Notes under the pieces: generated by a model | Told to the model about the DNA's origin: nothing | Seen by the model: only the letters and a program-made list of their open reading frames with translations | Database searches by the model: none | Made by a program: the position numbers and the translations under genes | DNA from: Octopus vulgaris | Lineage: Eukaryota | Length of the DNA: 64,000 bases | NCBI GenBank assembly: GCA_951406725.2 | Contig: OX597817.1 | Coordinates: 75,454,001 to 75,518,000, forward strand | Direction of reading: 5' to 3' | In this document: positions 25,658 through 39,969 of the stretch, in pieces | Layout of the letters: every line of letters begins with the position of its first letter | How positions within the stretch are numbered: the stretch's first letter is position 1

Positions 25658-26438
25658 TCATGTATATATTAATGCGTATGTAATCATACACACACATATA
25701 CACGCTTAACATTCACACGTTTCTATGCAGAACACATACACGCGTATACATTTGTTCAATATATAACTTATATTTCGTCATATACCACACACATAACATA
25801 CGCATACAAAATATCATATACACACTACACACACACAACGACACCCACACGCACAAACACCATATTACAATACAATATTACATACAAAAGGCCTATTTTG
25901 GAAAGATAAACTGAAAAAAATGAAATCCACGAATAGATATTTTTATAAAATTTCGAGAAGAAATGCAAAACAAGAGAATAACATTAACAGAATTTTTCAT
26001 GTCTTCAATTTCGATTACTTTGTTGCCAGAAGGTCTGATCTGCATTAAATGTTTACTTAATCTATAGATTTCTTCTTCTCCCTCTCTCTCTGTCTCTTTC
26101 CTGCCCTCTCTCGCTTTCTCAGCAGGGTTCTCGTTATATGTATATTCGCTATTTCTAGGGAGTCGTGCATCAATTTTAATATATTGTTAGGATGAACTGA
26201 GGCAACGGAAAACACTCACCTGCATTCACACACACATACACATACATATACAGACATACTAACACACGCACACACACACACACACACGTTTATGCGTACA
26301 TACTTACATATGTATGTATGAATGTGAACCCTCATTCGCCGAAACGTCGAGGAAGCCCCAACCCCACATTTATATATACGTATACACTCACATATTATAT
26401 ACTTGTCTGTGTATACAAACATGCATGTGTCTATCTAT

Positions 26439-26502
<64 letters not shown>

Positions 26503-26512
26503 AGATGCATAC

Positions 26513-26559
<47 letters not shown>

Positions 26560-26602
26560 CATACATACATATGTATATATGTGCATATATATATATAGAT
26601 TT

Positions 26603-26635
<33 letters not shown>

Positions 26636-26653
26636 CGTATGTATGCATGTATA

Positions 26654-26725
<72 letters not shown>

Positions 26726-26927
26726 CCATTTTGAAGGTCACCCCTATACAATTCAAGAACAAGAGGTTTCAACCAAGTACCTGTAGCATAGCAGATAACA
26801 TTGATAGGCAAAAAATGTTGGCTATGTGGAACCAAGTCTGAAGACATCAAACCACGTTATTACCAACTGCAAGAGATTTTCCCATCAAACGTTTATATAT
26901 ATATATACAAGCATACATATAGCATCC

Positions 26928-27775
26928 TGTGTATCATACTTAAAGCAGATGCATCATTGAAAGCCTAATCAGTTGTGGGTAGTCGCTCTGAGACAGTATT
27001 TCATAGAACTTCAATGTTAAAAACAGAAAACTGAATTAGTAGCTGACGAAAATCGTTCTGCGTCCGTGGTGGCATTGCTAAATGCACATTTCTGCATCTT
27101 TGGGCTTCGCCTGTAGGAAGTATCAACTAGTAACCGCGTACTAAGACAAAATTCACTTTTATTGATATAGTAAAACAGTAACTGAAAAATCACTGATGAT
27201 GCAGTTAGCTGACTGGTTGAATAAAAATTCACTATGAGCAACAAAAACATTATTAGTTTCAAAAAGTAATCTGTTATCATACTTAAAGTAGATACCTCAT
27301 GAAAAGCATTCTTAACTGCGGTATTCACCTTGACGTAGAATCTCTTATAGACGTGCAGTGTTAAAAAAAAAACCCACAAAAACATATTAGTAGCAGAATA
27401 AAATAATCCAGCAGTTGTGGTGGCATTCCTACATGTGCATTTGCGTTTTTAGCTTCGTCAGTAGCAAATATTCACTAGCAACCGCATACTAAGAAAAATT
27501 CGTTGTTACTTATACTTGCTACTGACAAAGACAAAAGAGGCAAAATGCGTATCCAGCAAACCCACCTCGGCTGCTGGTCGATTTTCGTCTGCCACTTATA
27601 TATTCCAACGCTTTTTAACACTGTACGTCTATGAGGGATATTCTCTCTGAAGGAATATCACAATTACGCTTTCCTTGATATATCTGGTTTGAGCACGATA
27701 GAAAGTTTGTTATTTTAAGGTAACAATGCTGCTGCACATTACGAATATATATCTATTTATCCATCAATATATATT
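26928..27775. mobile_element. Retrozyme-like array: two ~351-bp tandem monomers plus one inverted, each with a decayed hammerhead
   Basis: Hammerhead remnants at 27075-27119 (-), 27426-27467 (-) and 27516-27559 (+). Flanking sequence aligns between units. Confidence 0.75.
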
Positions 27776-28756
27776 CAGTTGTCAATAAATAATAACCTTT
27801 TAATTGATAATATTTCAGGCGAATACATGACTGAGGATGTTGCCCTTACCTCCTCTGCATTTGATTTGAAAGATGGGTAAACAGAAAAATGACAGCATGA
27901 CAGATCCACTTGTTAACCTCGCTACGTGGATCAGAAGACACACTTTAAAGATATCTGTCATAAAACGATGTCCACAAGACAACAAATTTTAATCTTTAGC
28001 CTATGAAAGATATCTAATTCGGATTTTCTCCTGCTGCAAGCTGTGTAATGCAAGTTAACTATACGAAAACTAATTATCTGAATATATTCTGAAGGTGTAT
28101 TCTAATGTATCTGGTGTATCTTGCGGATCATTGGCCATCCAAAGAATTGATTGAAACTCTCGGCTATCTCTTGTTTAATTCCACATGAGAACGAAGACAG
28201 CTGCCTTAAGCACCGTACAATACTGATTTACAGAACAGTTTAATGATTTGGCTAAACAAAAGAAAATCCTATTCGAATTGTATATTTGGCAGTCTACGCC
28301 ACTTTATGAAAGATGGTCAATGTGCAGGATCATTACCTTGTGGTAATCATTACAGTTCTATGCGTTTTTAGTTTAAATCAACCAAATGTCAGTCTTTGTC
28401 TTTCATACTTCCGAGTAGATCAAGTCCCAGTCAATTGTTGCGATCGATATTTCTCTCTTTTTTTTCCCTTCTCTCTTTCCTTTTTCTTTCCCTCAAAACC
28501 GCCCGCATTGTGCCGTGAGAAAGTCGTTTTTCTCCCTCCAAGAGATGGAAGAAGTTTCAATGAGAGGTTAGAAAGCTCTTCTTGTCTAGCATGCTACAAA
28601 AACAGTCTACGAGGATGTGGCTACCTGGACGTGCCGATATGCTGTATGATACTAAATACTTAAAATACATTTACTTTATAAAACTATATTATTAACATGT
28701 AAATTACTAAAGTCCACTCTCTGGGGACGGACTTGCGCTCCAGTTGTCTTGAATTT

Positions 28757-28853
<97 letters not shown>

Positions 28854-29037
28854 CGTCTGTCTGTATGCCTGCCTGTCTGTCTGTCTGTTTATCTATCTAT
28901 CTGTCTGTCCGTCTGTTTGTGCCTGCCTGTCTGTCTGTCTATTCATCTGTCTGTCTGTTTATCTATCTATCTGTCTGTCTGTCTGTTTGTCTGTCTGTTT
29001 GTCTGTCTGTTTGTCTGTTTCTCTGTCCGTCAGTCCG

Positions 29038-29121
<84 letters not shown>

Positions 29122-29389
29122 ATTATCTATCTATTTAATCCTTTTATGATTATAATTCAAGATGGAATAATATATATTTATTCCGTGGTCATCAATGCAT
29201 GTATTTTAGCGTTTTACTAATTCACAATATGTTGAACAAACTGTTGCAATTGTTTAACCTTTAGCATACTGTATGTCATCATGTCACCGTATGAGTTTTC
29301 TCCCCCTGTAGTAACAGGGCAGTGGTAGGGGAAATAGTTCTTGGGAAAATACAGTATGCTATAGGTTAATATGATAACAGATATTTTAT

Positions 29390-29620
29390 ATTACGGAGAT
29401 GTACTTTCATAGCGAGTGACCTGATCTGAGATCGTGTGCTGGAACGAAAACAATTGTGAGACGGGGTGGCGGTAGTAATGTTTCTGATAAAGGATGCGAA
29501 CAAGGGGGATGTGGTCGAAAATTTCCGACCCATAACTCTGCTGAATGCAGACTTCAATATTTTGCCTAATGTATTTGTGAAGGGCTTGGCGTTCGTTGAC
29601 AATAGTGTAGTTGGGAATCT
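29390..29620 (+). mobile_element. Repeat fragment (reverse complement of 13040-13108) joined to a Tx1/L1-like RT fragment
   Basis: 29461-29620 encodes KDANKGDVVENFRPITLLNADFNIL. Confidence 0.65.
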
Positions 29621-29835
29621 GTACAATTAACAGCAACATCATAAGCAAAAACTATAACCATACCATAAGCATCACAAAAGTTGGCTCTTTTGTGGTTCTT
29701 GATATTTACAGTAGGCCCACCTTTCTGATTTTCTCTTCACTTACGGTCGAAAGGCACGTAATTGGTTGTTGCTAACAGATGGGGGTAGGTGTCACTCGAA
29801 AATATGGAAAAGAGAATGAGAGTTTAGTGAGTTCG

Positions 29836-31170
29836 TCACGCAATCAGCAAGATGTTCGAAACCATCATTAAGAAAAGTATGATGCTCCACCTCCAAAACA
29901 CAGCCTCTATCTCTGATTCCCAACACGGCTTCGTGCCGAAGAGATCATGCTTGACCAACTTACTAGTAATGGAAGAATTGGTGACGCGCATCCTCGATGA
30001 TAGTGATGCTGTTGACATCGTTTTACTGGACTTTGCCAAAGCTTTTGACTCGGTAAACCACCGCCTATTACTTGTCAAGCTTCAAGCATATAGTTTCCAT
30101 CCGGATATTGTACGATGGGTTGGTGCCTTCCTCTCAGATCGCTCCTTCCAAGTCCAAGTTAATGGTTCGCGGTCCGACGTCTCCAGTGCGAGCAGTGGCG
30201 TGCCTCAAGGTTCAGTGCTTGGGCCCTTGTTGTTCTTAGTCTTCATAAATGACTTGCCCGACGACCTCACGCAACACACCCTTCTATTTGCCGACGATAT
30301 CAAACTGGTCGCTCCTCGCGGTAATATAGAGGATCTTCGTCGATGCCTCCACCACATTTGGAAGTGGTCTAACGATTGGGACCTGTCTCTGAACGTGTCA
30401 AAGTGCTGTCATCTGCCTGTCGGCTCTACTCCTGCAACTCAACTTGATTTCGAGCCGGGTCGTCTGCTGCTGGAGAGGACCGATCAGGTAAAGGACCTAG
30501 GTATCTTGGTGGATTCCTCCTTTTCGCCTTCGGCCCAGTGCGTCCATGCTGCCAACAAAGCACGCGGAATTCTGTTCTTGATTCGACGGTCATTCGGAAT
30601 GCTCACAGCAGCCATATTCCTACCACTCTATGTCACGCTGGTGAGACCCATATTGGAGTATGGGATTCAAGCCTCTTCTCCTTATCTCCTCTAAGACATA
30701 CATCATCTCGAAAGAGTCCAGAAGCTGGCTACCCGCATGGTTCATGGTCTCAAAAATTTGTCCTACGAAGAAAGGCTGAGGACGCTCGACCTTTATTCTC
30801 TTGAAAAACGCCGCCGCCGTAGTGATCTCATTCTCGCCCACAACATCATAAGCGGAAAGTGTAACCTCTCGAAAGAGCTATTCTTCACTCCTGCTCCAGA
30901 GCGTCGGCTGCGGGGTCATTCCGAAAAGCTCTACCTGCGACGATTTCATCTCAATCGAAGGAGAGGAGCTTTCTCCGTCCGGGTTGCGGATCCGTGGAAC
31001 AAGCTGCCAGACGAGATGGTGAAGATGCCGACGACCGCTTTGTTCAAAGCCTCCCTGGACCTCAAGTGGCCTGAACTCTTTACATGAACACCACCCTGTA
31101 CTTAACTCCATGTCCCCCTACATGGCCTTGCTATTTGCTTTTGAGCCAAATTAACTAACTAACTAACTAA
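29836..31170 (+). mobile_element. Young 5'-truncated CR1-group LINE (RT)
   Basis: QHGFVPKRSCLTNL, LDFAKAFDSVNH, SGVPQGSVLGPLLF and FADDIKL. A single in-frame TAA at 30692-30694, with the same frame resuming to 31087. (TAAC)n tail. Confidence 0.93.
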
Positions 31171-31811
31171 TTGGCAAAAACCCTCTTTAGGTGAACTGCT
31201 ATTGTAATTTACAGGTAATTTACAATTTCAAAAAATTCCCACTCATTTATTAAACCAACTGGTCATATTTTAAAATATAGCATTTACATACAAAGAAAAA
31301 AAAAAGAAGCAGAAAGAAAAGGAAAAGAGAGGGAAACTATGCAGCAGAAATTGGAGGGGAGAGGGTAATGGGCCCCCCACCAGAACAAATGATATGCGCA
31401 ACCATGTCCCGCGGTCATACTGTGATGGTGTTGCCGAAGAGAATGACCAACGTCACACGCTACAGTTTCCACTCCACCTCGCAGGACTCATTTCTGAGAT
31501 TGGCCGCCTTTATCCCGATTTTTTCCCCTGTTTCTTTTGATTCTTTGTATTTCATTCCAAAAAGGGTGCAGTTTCTTCGCCTAACAACAAGTATATATAA
31601 TGATTACAATGGATTCGAATTTAGAAGGACAGCTGAAATCCCTGAGGTGTATTTCATCCTCAAACATTTCGCTATTAAATACAGCATCTACTTTTTTTTT
31701 TACAGCAAGTTTAAATATCTGAATTCTAAAGTCACAAACTCGTTAAGTATACCATCCATTTCTAATTTGAATTTCTCGTGTTATTCTTCACGTCCATACC
31801 ACCCAGGCACT

Positions 31812-31896
<85 letters not shown>

Positions 31897-32348
31897 TTAT
31901 AGTGGAAAGTACTCTTGTTCCAAGAAAATCGAAACCTGGTTCATCTGTTCCACCTTCGTTTCATACTTAGAACATCTATGTTGTATAACATGAATGAGAA
32001 ATGCACTTTGACGCTTATGTATTCACTCAAAAGATAAAAACATTTAGAAGTATCTGAAATGAAATTCAATGACAATCGATTCGGATTAGATACAGTTTGA
32101 TCTCAGTTAATGTTGGCCTTTGACAAATAAATATTTCATGTGCAACCATCGCTAAGATCTCAAAATTGTTTTCCCACCAGCTTCAAGGGTGCCTTTTTAT
32201 TTACCATGGAATTATTCCAATGAATAAATGAATTTTCTCATCGGAAAATTCATAAATGAGTCGCCTTTCCCTCCTTTTCCTTCTTCCATTTTTTCTATAT
32301 TTCTTCCATTTCTTTGCTTCCTTCTTTTCTTTCTCTTTTTCTTTCTTC

Positions 32349-32403
<55 letters not shown>

Positions 32404-32504
32404 TCCATATGAGAGGACCTTTCCATTCGAAAACCGAAGTATTTGACGTTGGCATGTGACAGCTAGGGGAAAGAGGGATGCACAAGGTATTCATTTTCAG
32501 TCGA

Positions 32505-33724
32505 CTCGACTGGTATAACGTTAAATGGCATGCCTCGACTGGAGTAACGTTATATGACATGCCTCGACTGGAGTAACGTTATATGACATGCCTCAACTGG
32601 AGTAACGTTATATGACATGCCTCGACTGGAGTAACGTTAAATGACATGCCTCGACTGGAGTAACGTTATATGACATGCCTCGACTGGAGTAATGTTATAT
32701 GACATGCCTCGACTGGAGTAACGTTATATGACATGCCTCAACTGGAGTAACGTTATATGACATGCCTCGACTGGAGTAACGTTAAATGACATGCCTCGAC
32801 TGGAGTAACGTTATATGACATGCCTCAACTGGAGTAACGTTAAATGGCATGCCTCGACTGGAGTAACGTTATATGACATGCCTCCACTGGAGTAACGTTA
32901 TATGACATGCCTCGACTGGAGTAACGTTAAATGACATGCCTCGACTGGAGTAACGTTAAATGGCATGCCTCGACTGGAGTAACGTTAAATGGCATGCCTC
33001 GACTAGATTAACGTTAAATGGCATGCCTCGACTGGAGTAACGTTAAATGACATGTCTCGACTGGAGTAACGTTATATGACATGCCTCGACTGGAGTAACG
33101 TTAAATGGCATGCCTCGACTAGAGTAACGTTAAATGACATGCCTCAACTGGAGTAACGCTATATGACATGCCTCGACTGGAGTAACGTTATATGGCATGC
33201 CTCGACTAGATTAACGTTAAATGGCATGCCTCGACTGGAGTAACGTTATATGACATGCCTCGACTGGAGTAACGTTATATGACATGCCTCGACTGGAGTA
33301 ACGTTATATGACATGCCTCGACTGGAGTAACGTTAAATGACATGCCTCGACTGGAGTAACGTTATATGACATGCCTCGACTAGAGTAACGTTATATGACA
33401 TTCCTCAACTGGAGTAACGTTAAATGGCATGCCTCGACTAGAGTAACGTTAATTGACATGCCTCAACTGGAGTAACGCTATATGACATGCCTCGACTGGA
33501 GTAACGTTAAATGACATGCCTCGACTGTAGTAACATTAAATGACATGCCTCGATTGGAGTAACGTTAAATGACATGTCTCGACTGGAGTAACGTTAAATG
33601 ACATGCCTCGACTGAAGTAACGTTAAATGACAAGCCTCAACAGTAGTAACGTTAAATGACATGCCTCAGCTGGAGTAACGTTAAATGACATGCCTCGACT
33701 AGAGTAACGTTAAATGACATGCCT
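32505..33724. repeat. 29-bp minisatellite, 42 copies
   Basis: Unit CTCGACTGGAGTAACGTTA(T/A)ATGACATGC, head-to-tail, no spacers. Confidence 0.97.
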
Positions 33725-33923
33725 TATTTTAGGTCTCATCACATTTCCTGGACGACAGGAACTAACTGATGACATTATGTTTTATAGCCCAACATCCTAA
33801 CAACCAGTCCATACGCCTTCACAACTACCCACGCGCACACACACGTATGGTGTATGAACTTTTCGACATCGGATTTACTTAATATCTTCTAGCTTTTCTA
33901 ATATAAGATTATTTTAGCCCCTG

Positions 33924-34120
33924 TATTTAGCCCCTTGTGGTAGTAAAGAAATAGGTATTTCGTCTGTTTTTACGTTCTGAGTTCAAATTCCGCCGAGGTC
34001 GATTTTGCATTTCATCCTTTAAGGGTCGATAAATTAAGTACCAGTTGCGTCCTGAGATTGATCTAATCGACTGGCCCCTCCCTAAAAATTTCGGCCTTGT
34101 ACCTAGAGTAGAAAAGAATA
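33924..34120 (+). mobile_element. SINE family B
   Basis: TTCTGAGTTCAAATTCCGCCGAGGTCGA. Confidence 0.8.
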
Positions 34121-34744
34121 TAATTCGTTTTCTTGAAAAAGAGGCTAATAAATATGAACTTTAATTTGCATAAGTTTATGCATCGTAAGTTAAAATGTTA
34201 CTAAAACTGTCTCAACGTAACTAACACCCATATTGTCTAAGTTAAGTTATATAAACACTACACACACACAGAGTTACATTTGTAATAATTAGCAACATGC
34301 ATCTATCTGCTGCCACTGTAGTAAGAAAAAGTGAGTCACACACGGAGGGTAATCATTTCAAAACTAACTATTTTTCAAGTTGCTATCTTAATTAGTTTTT
34401 AGCTCAGACCAGTCATCAGGAATCATGTATGGTTGTACAAAGTAAAAAACAAACAAACAGAACAATAAAAGGAAAAACTACACTCTAGAAAGTCGCACAG
34501 ATAAGACATCAGACTAAAGGGTTATGGAAGCATGGACTGTTGCCGTCCTTCCTTAGAACATACACAGACACACACACATATATATATACATATACATACA
34601 CAGGTATCTAGCCGTATGTATACATACATTCATACACACAGACACTCATATATGCATATATGCACATATAATCAAATATACTTAATCATACATCTGTATA
34701 CACATATACATTGAGACACACGTTTACAAACATATACACGTATA

Positions 34745-34810
<66 letters not shown>

Positions 34811-35424
34811 CATGTGTGTACATATATTTACGTAACACACACAAACATACATACATACACTTATATACATATGGGAATAATTTAATATCCTGTTTGAATT
34901 ACATCACAAACCGCAGTGTTTTATCTCAATCATGCTAACCGCTTTAAGCGTTCTTACGCTTCTTACTCTAAGTAAATCTAATTTTAATTTTCTAACTCTC
35001 TACCAATTTGCTACTCTGGTGCAGTGTAGTTGACAAGAACCTCATCCTCCCACTCTCACTTAGCCACTTATTTATCTTTTGACAACCACGTGTTACCACA
35101 TCGGGTGAGAGTGACAGAGGATAAATGCACAGAGCTAATTATTGCAGGTGTAATCGCCGCCTTCTTTCAACAAGTCAGTTTAATTGTAGTTCTTCGGAGT
35201 ACATACATGACATACATAATCCAATACGTATTGGTTTTAAGTTCCATCAACCCCACTGAGTTAAGAAAACAAAATATCATTAATATATGAAAGTGCATTT
35301 AATCGACTGTTTTTTCCCCTTTCACAGTAAATATATGTATATAGACTTTAAATCAAAATACGTGTTATCATGTACATGTTTTGTCTTGGTATAAAAGATG
35401 GCTACAGCAAATATTCTGCTCAAT

Positions 35425-35860
35425 AGGCGCAGGAGTGTGGTAAGTAGCTTGCTAACCAACCACATGGTTCCGGGTTCAGTCCCACTGCGTGGCATTTTGG
35501 GCAAGTGTCTTCTGCTATAGCCCCGGGCCGATCAATGCCTTGTGAGCGGATTTGGTAGACGGAAACTGAAAGAAACCTGTCGTATATATGTATGTATATA
35601 TGTGTGTGTCTGTGTGTGTGTGTTTCTATGTCTGTGTTTGTCCCCCTAGCATTGCTTGACAACCGATGCTGGTGTGTTTACGTCCCCGTCACTTAGCGGT
35701 TCGGCAAAAGAGACCGATAGAATAAGTACTGGGCTTACAAAGAATAAGTACCGGGGTCGATTTGCTCGACTAAAGGCGGTGCTCCAGCATGGCCGCAGTC
35801 AAATGACTGAAACAGGTAAAAGAATAAAAAAAGAATAAAAAAAGAATAAAAGAAAGAAAG
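35425..35860 (+). mobile_element. SINE family A, full length
   Basis: tRNA-like head, central microsatellite and (AAAAGAAT)-type tail. Confidence 0.88.
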
Positions 35861-36300
35861 AATAATACCACAGATTTATTGTCAGTTGTTTGATCATAAC
35901 CAGTTGGCTGATGATATGTGCATCTCTGATCATGAGAAGAAGTACTGGGGGGAACATCATAGCCATGTGTTGAGAGGAATTCTTTGGGGTCTGACTAATT
36001 CACCTCTGGAAGTATGGGTGCTTCGTTCATTATCCTTAAACAACCCTCATTCAAGGACCTTTTGAGTGAGATTTGAAGAGTACTCGATTTGAAGTCTACT
36101 CGACTTAAAAATTCTAACTGGGCTCCACTTGCAAGTTCATGTGCTGTTTATCTTGATGTGAGATCACCAAGTCACACACATGTAGTTGTGATGCATGCGC
36201 CTGGTATAGCCTTATCAGCTGGCTAGTCATGATGGGTGTATTGGGCTTCGAATATTTGTATCCCAGTGTCGCTTTGATGACATGCGGTGTTCTATCATTC

Positions 36301-36362
<62 letters not shown>

Positions 36363-36377
36363 TGCTGATGATTATGA

Positions 36378-36600
36378 TGATGGACAGTAGACGAACTAAA
36401 CAGCTTAGACAGAAAGACAAGGAAGTTGCTAACTAGATATGGGTCACGCCACCCAAAAAGTGACACAGACAGACTGTATGTACCAAGAAAAAGAGGGGGA
36501 AGAGGACTTATTGGATGCGAACACAGCATTAGCTCGAATACTCCGGAAGGTTCTCGAAAAATAAGAGGTGTTACTTTAGTTCACTGGTAGACAACATGAC
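36378..36600 (+). mobile_element. R4/Dong-like LINE fragment within (AAT)n
   Basis: WTVDELNSLDRKTRKLLT..HPKSDTDRLYVPRKRGGRGL. Confidence 0.75.
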
Positions 36601-36917
36601 ACTGTTATACATCTCCAGAGTTAGAAGCTGTGCAAAGGCAACAATAATAATGATAATAATAATAATAATAGTAATACTAATAATAAAGATAATGATGATG
36701 ATGATGACATACACTTTCCTCATTAAACATGTTTAATACACACACACACACAGGCATACAGACACACACATATATATATATAGCACAGCGATTAACATAC
36801 CATTTGATATATATATATATATATAATATAAAATGTTCATTATTACGAATATAAAATATTCATTATAATGATAAAAGAACATAATTGTTCTATAGAATTT
36901 TAAAAAAATAGTAATAA

Positions 36918-37286
36918 CTAGCGTAAAAACCGCACTCCGTGCAGACTTTTATCCTTGATTCTGTGAACGGCTCATTGGGCCAATCTGTCCCAAAGTTCTT
37001 ATGTCGACGAAGCGAATGTCATTTATCTCCCCTTGATCTCTGACGTCAGCTGACAAACTCCAACCAAGATGGCGTGAATCAGCCAAGTTTTATCTACTAG
37101 AAATGGCAACCCAAATGCCTTTGAATCAAATCCCAGTGCTATATGTTCAAGAACCAAACGACGGGCAGATTTTCAATCCCAGGATTATTCTGATTCTAAA
37201 AAGGTATAATATGTCTATGTGGAGGAAATGTAGGCCGAGATACTGGTTCCAGACTGACAGACAGAATTTCCTTTTATTATTATAGA
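36918..37286 (-). mobile_element. Non-autonomous Helitron
   Basis: 5' TCTATAATAATAAAAGG. 3' hairpin GCAC-GGA-GTGC followed by CTAG. Sits between A and T with no TSD. Confidence 0.8.
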
Positions 37287-38175
37287 TGATATATTTCGCT
37301 ATTATATTAAAAAACAAGATTGTGCTATAGAATTTATTAACGATCACCGTATAACCAAAACATAAGAATGTTCAATAATACTCAAAAATCATTTAACTCC
37401 TTATCTCTCACTGTGCGTAGCGTAACTTTACTCATTGCCTGCTCTCAAGCCTAGTATATGCCCGTATCATGTACTTCTTATGATAACCTACTTTATATCT
37501 ATCTTTTACCCTCTTTTTCTCCCCTCTTTCTAAACAATGTTAAGTTTGACTGCAGAATTCAAGCAACCAATGAGCAAACCAACCAACCAACCAGCCAACC
37601 AACCAATATTTTTATCGGCTATTATTATGCAGAGAAAACTTCTGCCATCTTCCTGTGTTCAGTTCGAAGATCAGTGAACAGGTTATAGAATTGTGACGAA
37701 AGAATTCAGATCTTAATTAGATTTTTAGATCTTATTAATAAGAAAGTTAGTAGCAATCACAATAAGTGTATCGGTAAAGATGAACTAATCAGAAATGCAA
37801 TTATCGTTCTCAATAAGAGATTTCCAATCAAAACACTGGCCAATATATACACAAAAGATATAATTGATATTTTACTAAATGAACTCCATTACTATATAAA
37901 CTTCCAATAAAACGAAACAAACTGTAATGCAGATTAAATCTTCAGTTTATAAAGCGTCTCAACGAGCTACTTAATTCCATCACTTAACATTCTGAGATCA
38001 AATGCTATCGGAGTCGATTTTATCTCTCGTATTCCGGAATCGATCAAAAAATTAATGCTAATCGAATTTTGGGGTCTTTCTAAACGGTTGCTCTCTTTCA
38101 CCAAATATGAGATCTCATGCTTATGTCAGAAACTATTGTTATTATTATCCGTATATTTATGGTCTTGTATGTGTT

Positions 38176-38403
38176 TCTTTATTACCCACAGGGGGCTAAA
38201 CATAGAGGGGACAAACAAGGACAGACAAAGCGATTAAGTCAATTACATCGACACCAGTGCGTAACTGGTACTTAATTTATCGACTCCGAAAGGATGAAAG
38301 GCAAAGTCGACCTCGGCGGAATTTGAACTCAGAACGTAACGGCAGACGAAATACGGCTACGCATTTTGCCCGGCGTGCTAACAGTTCTGCTAGCTCGCCG
38401 CCT
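38176..38403 (-). mobile_element. SINE family B
   Basis: Reverse complement of 40733-40963. Confidence 0.85.
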
Positions 38404-38451
38404 TATTTTTGGTCGTGTATAAACTAGTACTTTCGTTAGAGAATGTAACAA

Positions 38452-38850
38452 AGTATCAGCCTAGTTGTTAGGGTGTTGCACTCACGATCGCGAGATCATG
38501 GTTTCAATTCCTAGACTGGGCGGTGCATTGTGTTCTTGAGCAAAACACTTCATCTCACGTTTCTCTGCGATCATTTCGACACTCGACGCGTGGTACATCG
38601 TGCATCTGTTCAGACAACGTCAATTTGATGGAGAGAGTGTGCCAATGTACGGTTCATACTTTGATCACATTAAACAAATCATTTGTGCAGGTCGTTTGTC
38701 AAAAGCTGAACACTCATACGTCGTCTTCGACGGGAGGGTCCATCATAATTATTATTTAATACATCGAATATCGATATTTTGCAGATTTTGTGTTCATCAG
38801 TGCCGTATGCATAACCCGCTTCCGAAACAAAATCCAATCGGGACGTGCTA
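38452..38850. mobile_element. SINE family C (+) abutting a hammerhead unit (-, 38759-38808)
   Basis: Same junction as at 2145-2260, in the opposite orientation. Confidence 0.7.
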
Positions 38851-38859
38851 AAACTTGAA

Positions 38860-39430
38860 CGAAATGCTTAGCGGTATTTCGCCCATCACTACGTTCTGGG
38901 TTCAAAATCCGCCGAGGTCGACTTTGCTTTTCATCCTTTTGGGATCGATAAATTAAGTACCATTGAAACACTGGTGCCGATGTAATCGACTAGTCCTCCC
39001 CCAAATTTGAGGATTTGTGCCTCCAGTAGAAAGGATTGTTATTATTATTATTATTATTATTATTTAAACGGCGAGCTGGCAGAATCGTTAGCACGCCAGG
39101 GTCGATAAATTAAGTACCAGTGAAACGCTGGGGTCGATGTAATCGACTATACCCACCTCCAAATTTCAGGCCTTGTGCCTATATTAGAAATGATTATTAT
39201 TATTATCATTAAGGCGACAAACTGGCAGAGTCGTTAGCCTGTTGGGCGAAATATTTAGCGGTATTTTGTCCGCCTTGACGTTCTGAGTTCAAATTCCGCC
39301 AAGGCTAACTTTGCTTTTCATCCTTTTGGAGTCGATAAATTAAGTATCAGTGAAACACTGGTGTCGATGTAATCAACTATCCCCCTCCTCCAAATTTCAG
39401 GCCTTGTGCCTCCAATTGAAAAGGTTATTA
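38860..39430 (+). mobile_element. Three tandem SINE family B copies separated by (ATT)n
   Basis: Repeated TCGATAAATTAAGTA...GATGTAATC. Confidence 0.8.
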
Positions 39431-39439
39431 TTATTATTC

Positions 39440-39908
39440 TTTTTAACCCTGTCTGCAGCTTACGATAATATGTTATCTGTGTTTTTAACTAGCTAATACT
39501 GTCTTGAGTATTCGGGTTATATGGAATTGTTTGTGTAGTCCCTTGTTACGTAATGCTTCTTCATTTCTTTTTTGTGCTTCTTGCTTTGTTTTTCTTTTTT
39601 TCTCTGATTTTATATTCCCTCTTTCCTAACTGACACTAGCAAGGTTTCCGTACATTGGGATAGGTATCTTAGTAAGCTCCCGAGTTTCGATACATACGTA
39701 GTCTTCCACACTTATCAGTCCCCTTCCTCCATTTGTTCTCTTCATATATAGGTGATCAGTGTTTGCACGTGGATGATGGGCTCCATGCTTAGGAGCTTTC
39801 TTGTCTTCCTGTCCAACTCTTTTAGTCCCTCCTCTGTCCACTGCAGAATTCCAACGCCATACCGAACTACTGCGACTGCGCACGAGTTTATTGCCGAAAT
39901 TATGTTTC

Positions 39909-39969
<61 letters not shown>

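Noticed and set aside
26329-26352. CCTC...GCCGAAACGTCGAGG hammerhead 3' half
   Set aside because: The CUGANGA box is absent. At most a deletion remnant.
27819-28350. Possible exon or decayed CMC-type transposase (HFKDICHKTMSTRQQ)
   Set aside because: Only one weak motif resemblance, and there are stops in all frames.
32505-33724. CRISPR-like array
   Set aside because: Units are contiguous with no unique spacers, there are no cas genes, and the context is eukaryotic.
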